From the NCBI GenBank assembly GCA_029939595.1, contig JAOZSQ010000004.1, forward strand, positions 1,872-65,871: a stretch of 64,000 nt of DNA, given 5' to 3'. Shown here in pieces: positions 59,885 through 64,000 of the stretch (position 1 is its first letter; every line of letters begins with the position of its first letter). Origin of the DNA: Thermoplasmatota archaeon. Its GTDB lineage: Archaea > Thermoplasmatota > E2 > DHVEG-1. Both the position numbers and the translations under genes were made by a program. The notes under the pieces are model-generated. The model had not been told where the DNA came from, did not search any database, and was given only the letters and a program-made list of their open reading frames with translations.

Positions 59885-61684
59885 ATGGGAAAAACAATTA
59901 TTCAAAAAATATTTGAGAATCATTCAGAACAAGAAGCAATCGTTGGGAATATCATTGATATCAGCATTGATGCACGTGTTGCAAGAGATTTTGGTGGAGC
60001 AAACGTTGTAAAAAATCTTGTAGATCATAACCTATTAATTGATGATCCCAAAAAAACATTTTTCACATTTGATTGTAACCCTGGTGGATGTAGTCAGAAA
60101 TATGCAGAAAATCAACATATCTGTCGATTATATGCACGAAATAATAATATCGATATTTATGATATAGATATGGGTATCGGAACACATATTGCAATAGATA
60201 AGGGCCTTATTGAACCTGGAGGAACCATTGTTTCGACAGATTCACATGCAAATATTCTAGGTGCAATTGGTGCCTTTGGTCAGGGGATGGGAGATAAAGA
60301 TATATCTCATGCATGGGCACACGGGAAGGTATGGTTTAAAGTCCCTCCATCTGTAAAAATTATTCTAAAAGGAATGCCAAAGGAGTCTACCTCTCCAAAA
60401 GATGTTGTACTTCTTATGTTAAAACAGCTTGGTGCAAATGGTCTTCTTGGATATGCAGCAGAAATACATGGAGAATATGTAGATACGCTTTCTCTTGATG
60501 GAAGGATCACGATTGCATCAATGGCTACAGAGATGGGAGGTATCATTCTTCTCTTTCCACCAAATAATGAGGTAATTAAATTTTATCAGGACAACTTGGG
60601 AAGAAAAGTACCTAACATATATGCTGATGATGATGCAGAATATGAGAAGATAATTGAAATTGATATCTCACAGAAAGGACCACAAATATCAAGACCAGGT
60701 CATCCTGAGGATGTTGTATCTGCTGATGAAGTTAAAGGAACAATTGTTGATTCAGGGTTTATTGGGTCTTGTACTAATGGACGTATGGAAGATTTAAGAG
60801 CTGTTGCATCAATATTAAAAGGTAAGAAAATTGCTCCTGGGAGAGTATTAAAAATTGTACCTGCCACAGACAGTATTTGGAAACAATGTTTAAATGAAGG
60901 TCTAATTGAGATTTTTAAAGAAGCAGGTGTATTGATTGGATCGGCAGGTTGTGCAGGTTGTGCAGCAGGACAAATAGGTCAAACTGGAAAAGGTGAAGTA
61001 GAAGTTTCAACGGGTAACAGAAATTTTGTTGGAAAACAAGGGAAAGGAGATGTATATCTTACTAGTCCTGAAACAGTTGCAGCATCGCTTATCTCCGGAG
61101 TCATTACTACAAAGGAAGAGATTTCTAAACCAATTAAATTTTCAGCAAAATCTGATATTGTGGATAAGGGGATAAAGATGGAAAAATCAACCTTCCAGGA
61201 ACCATTAAAAATGAAAGGGCGAGCGTGGGTGATAGCAAAGGACAATATTGATACTGATATGATTTTTCATAACCGGTATTTACATATCACAGATATTGAG
61301 GAAATGGGACAATATACTTTTGATAATCTCGAAGGATATGAAGATTTTGCAAAGAAAGCAAAACCTAGCGATATCATTGTTATTGGAAAAAATTTTGGTT
61401 GCGGAAGTAGCAGACAACAAGCAGTGGATTGTTTTAAATCTCTTGGAATAAGTATTATCATAGCTGAATCTTTTGGTGCAATATATGAGCGTAATGCCAT
61501 AAACAATGCAATGCCGATCCTTGTGGCTGATAATATTTCCAAAAAGATTAATGATGGAGATATTATAGAAGTAGATCTAAAAACAGGAAATATTTTAGAC
61601 AGTACACTTAAAGAGAATTTTAAGGCAAAGCCTTTTTCAAAATCTCAGATGGATATTTACATGCGCGGTGGGTTGCTTTCATAG
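59885..61684 (+). CDS. Fused LeuC/LeuD-type (homoaconitase/isopropylmalate isomerase-like) aconitase-family hydratase
   Basis: STDSH, FIGSCTNGR, GCAGCAAG [4Fe-4S] ligands; swivel domain NIDTD and NFGCGSSRQQA in the same ORF. Confidence 0.9.
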   Translation: MGKTIIQKIFENHSEQEAIVGNIIDISIDARVARDFGGANVVKNLVDHNLLIDDPKKTFFTFDCNPGGCSQKYAENQHICRLYARNNNIDIYDIDMGIGTHIAIDKGLIEPGGTIVSTDSHANILGAIGAFGQGMGDKDISHAWAHGKVWFKVPPSVKIILKGMPKESTSPKDVVLLMLKQLGANGLLGYAAEIHGEYVDTLSLDGRITIASMATEMGGIILLFPPNNEVIKFYQDNLGRKVPNIYADDDAEYEKIIEIDISQKGPQISRPGHPEDVVSADEVKGTIVDSGFIGSCTNGRMEDLRAVASILKGKKIAPGRVLKIVPATDSIWKQCLNEGLIEIFKEAGVLIGSAGCAGCAAGQIGQTGKGEVEVSTGNRNFVGKQGKGDVYLTSPETVAASLISGVITTKEEISKPIKFSAKSDIVDKGIKMEKSTFQEPLKMKGRAWVIAKDNIDTDMIFHNRYLHITDIEEMGQYTFDNLEGYEDFAKKAKPSDIIVIGKNFGCGSSRQQAVDCFKSLGISIIIAESFGAIYERNAINNAMPILVADNISKKINDGDIIEVDLKTGNILDSTLKENFKAKPFSKSQMDIYMRGGLLS

Positions 61685-61755
61685 GCATCCCATTTAATAT
61701 TTCCCATTGCAATTATACAAAAAGTTAAATAGGGATAATTTATATTTTTCTATTA

Positions 61756-62142
61756 ATGAAGGATGGAGAAAGGTTTGAAAAGAAAATGGAGATGGAATAT
61801 TCTTCAAATTCTGGAACGCTTCAAGTGAACGCTGAGCAAAATTCAACAATGTTTCAGGCAGAAACTCAAGAATTAGAACTTGATCCGCGTTTTGTTGATA
61901 TTCGGTCTATGAAGGTAAATAGAAATGGAGTTATTGTAAATTTTTCATCTATGGTACTATGTGAAACAGACGGAGAACAATTTATCACAAAGATGTATGG
62001 TGTAAAAATGGATGGAAAAAGTCCTGATTCTTTCTTTAACCAAATACCTTCTTTAAAAGATCATATGTTTGGAGAAAAGTGGGAAAAAGCAGTTGAACGA
62101 CAACGGGCTCGAATGGAAAAACGAAAATCAATTGAATTTTAA
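61756..62142 (+). CDS. Hypothetical protein (paralog of next gene)
   Basis: 128-aa ORF sharing EY..SG.L and F..IP.L.D patterns with 62164-62496. Confidence 0.7.
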   Translation: MKDGERFEKKMEMEYSSNSGTLQVNAEQNSTMFQAETQELELDPRFVDIRSMKVNRNGVIVNFSSMVLCETDGEQFITKMYGVKMDGKSPDSFFNQIPSLKDHMFGEKWEKAVERQRARMEKRKSIEF

Positions 62143-62163
62143 TCATGACTGTTAGGTGTTATA

Positions 62164-62496
62164 ATGAAAAAGGTTTATCAATATCGAAATGTAAAACATC
62201 TTGAATATATACCAAGTTCTGGTAAATTAACGATGAATATTGATGGTTCTGACGATGATTATGTCACTCAGGCAAACAATGTTGAGATGGATATTTTATC
62301 TCAAGATTTTCGTCATGTGAAGCATGTAGCAATAAAAAGTGATGCTTTACATGTTGATTTTTTAAACCCTATTAATTGTAATCTTGAATCGAGTAGATAT
62401 GACGAAAAACTCATATGCAATGTTGATCTTGAAGGTGAGAACACTACTGCATTTGTTGAGAAAATACCAGGTCTTGCAGATCGTATAATTTTATAA
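62164..62496 (+). CDS. Hypothetical protein (paralog of previous gene)
   Basis: 110-aa ORF, GGTG RBS, shared motifs as above. Confidence 0.7.
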   Translation: MKKVYQYRNVKHLEYIPSSGKLTMNIDGSDDDYVTQANNVEMDILSQDFRHVKHVAIKSDALHVDFLNPINCNLESSRYDEKLICNVDLEGENTTAFVEKIPGLADRIIL

Positions 62497-62739
62497 ATAG
62501 ATTAATGGAATATAACTTTCAGAGTGCATTAGTAATTGTTTTGAAAAATTTGTATTGATTATTGATATGTTTATAAATTTTTTAACAATAAATTTGTAAT
62601 TTTTTTCATCGTTGATAATCGATATTCAATTTTCATTTGAATATCTTAAAATCGTTCTTTTTCATATAAAAACATAGAAATTAATAAATATATACAAATT
62701 ATATTAATAATCATTAAAATTAAAAAAAGGGGTTTAATT

Positions 62740-64000
62740 ATGCGATCAAAAGAGTTTAAAAAAATAAATATAATTATAATTTCATGCTTATTTATTATTT
62801 CAGGCATTATTCCATTAGGAATTAGTGGCCCTATTAGTGAAAAAGATAAAAAAGATCGAGCGGTCACCTTATATGTTGGCGGAACAGGTCCTGGAAATTA
62901 CACTTTGATTCAAAATGCAATTTATAATGCAAGCAACGGAGATACTATTTTTGTTTATAATGGAACATATTACGAAAATATCAAGATAAATAAAACTCTT
63001 AATCTCATTGGAGAAAACAGTATAACAACCATTATTGATGGTGGTGAAAACAGTAATGTTGTTGAAATATCAGCAGTATCTACAAACATATCTCATTTTT
63101 CAATTACAAATGCAGGAGACACCCCTCCAAACGTTTCAGGCATTATTATTCATTCCAATAACAACATTATTCAAAATAATATCATAAAAAATAATGATAT
63201 ATATGGAATTAATTTAGAAAATTCAACAGGAAATCAGATTGATAATAATACAATCAAAAACAATGGTGAAGGAATCAGATTATCACAAGCATCATCAAAT
63301 CATATATCAAATAATGACATTCATTCGAATTATTATGGTATCAGAAATTGGAATGGTAATTCTACTACAATAGTCAACAATACAATAGATGATAACAGTA
63401 AATACAATATTTTTCTTTATATCTGTCAACAAACAATTATATCTGGAAATGTTCTAAATAATTCAATATTTGGAATCCGTTTATGGTCCACAACCTCAAT
63501 AAATGTCATTGGAAATGAAATTACCAATAATACATGTGGCATTCATATAAATGCTTCAAGTGGCAATAATCTGATATATAATAATTATTTCAATAATGCT
63601 GATAATATCAATAATTCCGGATTTACTAACCAATGGAATATTTCACAAACAAATGGAACAAATATCATAAATGGGTCCTATATTGGCGGGAATTATTGGA
63701 ATGATTATATTGGCTATGATATAAATGGTGATGGTTTTGGAGATGTAAATATTCCTCACCCTCCAGGTGATTACCTCCCACTTGTACCAGTGAATCATGC
63801 CCCTGTTGCAAATTTCACATATGCTCCAACAAATCCTAGCAGTCTTGATGTGGTACAATTCAATGACACTTCAACGGATCCTGATGGAAATATTGATATC
63901 GTCAATTGGTCCTGGATTTTTGGTGATGGCAACAGTAGTTATGATCAAAATGCAACACACACATATACAAGTAATGGAAATTTCACTGTAATTCTCTTCA
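62740..64000 (+). CDS. Exported NosD-like beta-helix protein with PKD domain (partial, runs off window end; absent from ORF track)
   Basis: Manual translation MRSKEFKKINIIIISCLFIISG...LYVGGTGPGNYTLIQNAI...GTYYENI...GGNYWNDY...PVANFTY...WSWIFGDG. Confidence 0.88.
   Translation, partial: MRSKEFKKINIIIISCLFIISGIIPLGISGPISEKDKKDRAVTLYVGGTGPGNYTLIQNAIYNASNGDTIFVYNGTYYENIKINKTLNLIGENSITTIIDGGENSNVVEISAVSTNISHFSITNAGDTPPNVSGIIIHSNNNIIQNNIIKNNDIYGINLENSTGNQIDNNTIKNNGEGIRLSQASSNHISNNDIHSNYYGIRNWNGNSTTIVNNTIDDNSKYNIFLYICQQTIISGNVLNNSIFGIRLWSTTSINVIGNEITNNTCGIHINASSGNNLIYNNYFNNADNINNSGFTNQWNISQTNGTNIINGSYIGGNYWNDYIGYDINGDGFGDVNIPHPPGDYLPLVPVNHAPVANFTYAPTNPSSLDVVQFNDTSTDPDGNIDIVNWSWIFGDGNSSYDQNATHTYTSNGNFTVILF

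Noticed and set aside
132-63991. Numerous short antisense/overlapping ORFs in the track (e.g. 132-323, 3495-3818, 5190-5777, 12201-14571 set, 15053-15283, 23581-23938, 62646-62867, 63643-63991)
   Set aside because: They overlap well-supported genes or the tRNA in other frames or strands and have no motifs, so they are treated as shadow ORFs.
1-64000. CRISPR array, rRNA, integrase/transposase, prophage
   Set aside because: No regularly spaced 25-45 bp repeats, no long GC-rich structural RNA and no recognisable recombinase or viral hallmark ORF were seen by eye.

Overview
AT-rich archaeal chromosomal window with no CRISPR array, rRNA, integrase or transposase seen. The archaeal markers are TFB, fibrillarin, archaeal-type ThrRS, PurP, ApgM and a PGF-CTERM protein. 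The load of secreted gingipain/M14/C45/PKD/NosD proteins points (by inference) to a sediment Thermoplasmatota of the DHVEG-1/MBG-D type. Contents: feoA (partial), hypCD, many exported hydrolases, tRNA-Cys close to a SelB/EF-Tu-like gene, a bacterial-like repair cassette, an ABC exporter, housekeeping genes, gcvT/H, thrS and purP. The two most notable loci are (1) an Aeropyrum-type modified mevalonate operon (mvk, UbiD-type decarboxylase, AcnX large/small) containing an LpdD-like putative prFMN chaperone, and (2) a citF + citryl-CoA-lyase-like + fused LeuC/LeuD aconitase operon with no citD/citE/citC, a candidate ACP-independent 'hybrid' citrate (or related tricarboxylate) cleavage system. Other leads: a structured GC-rich element upstream of thrS, a 12.6% Trp tandem Lrp/AsnC-domain protein, a recurrent PKD plus amphipathic-tail module, and several unannotated gene remnants. 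All family calls come from motif recognition by eye; no database searches were run.
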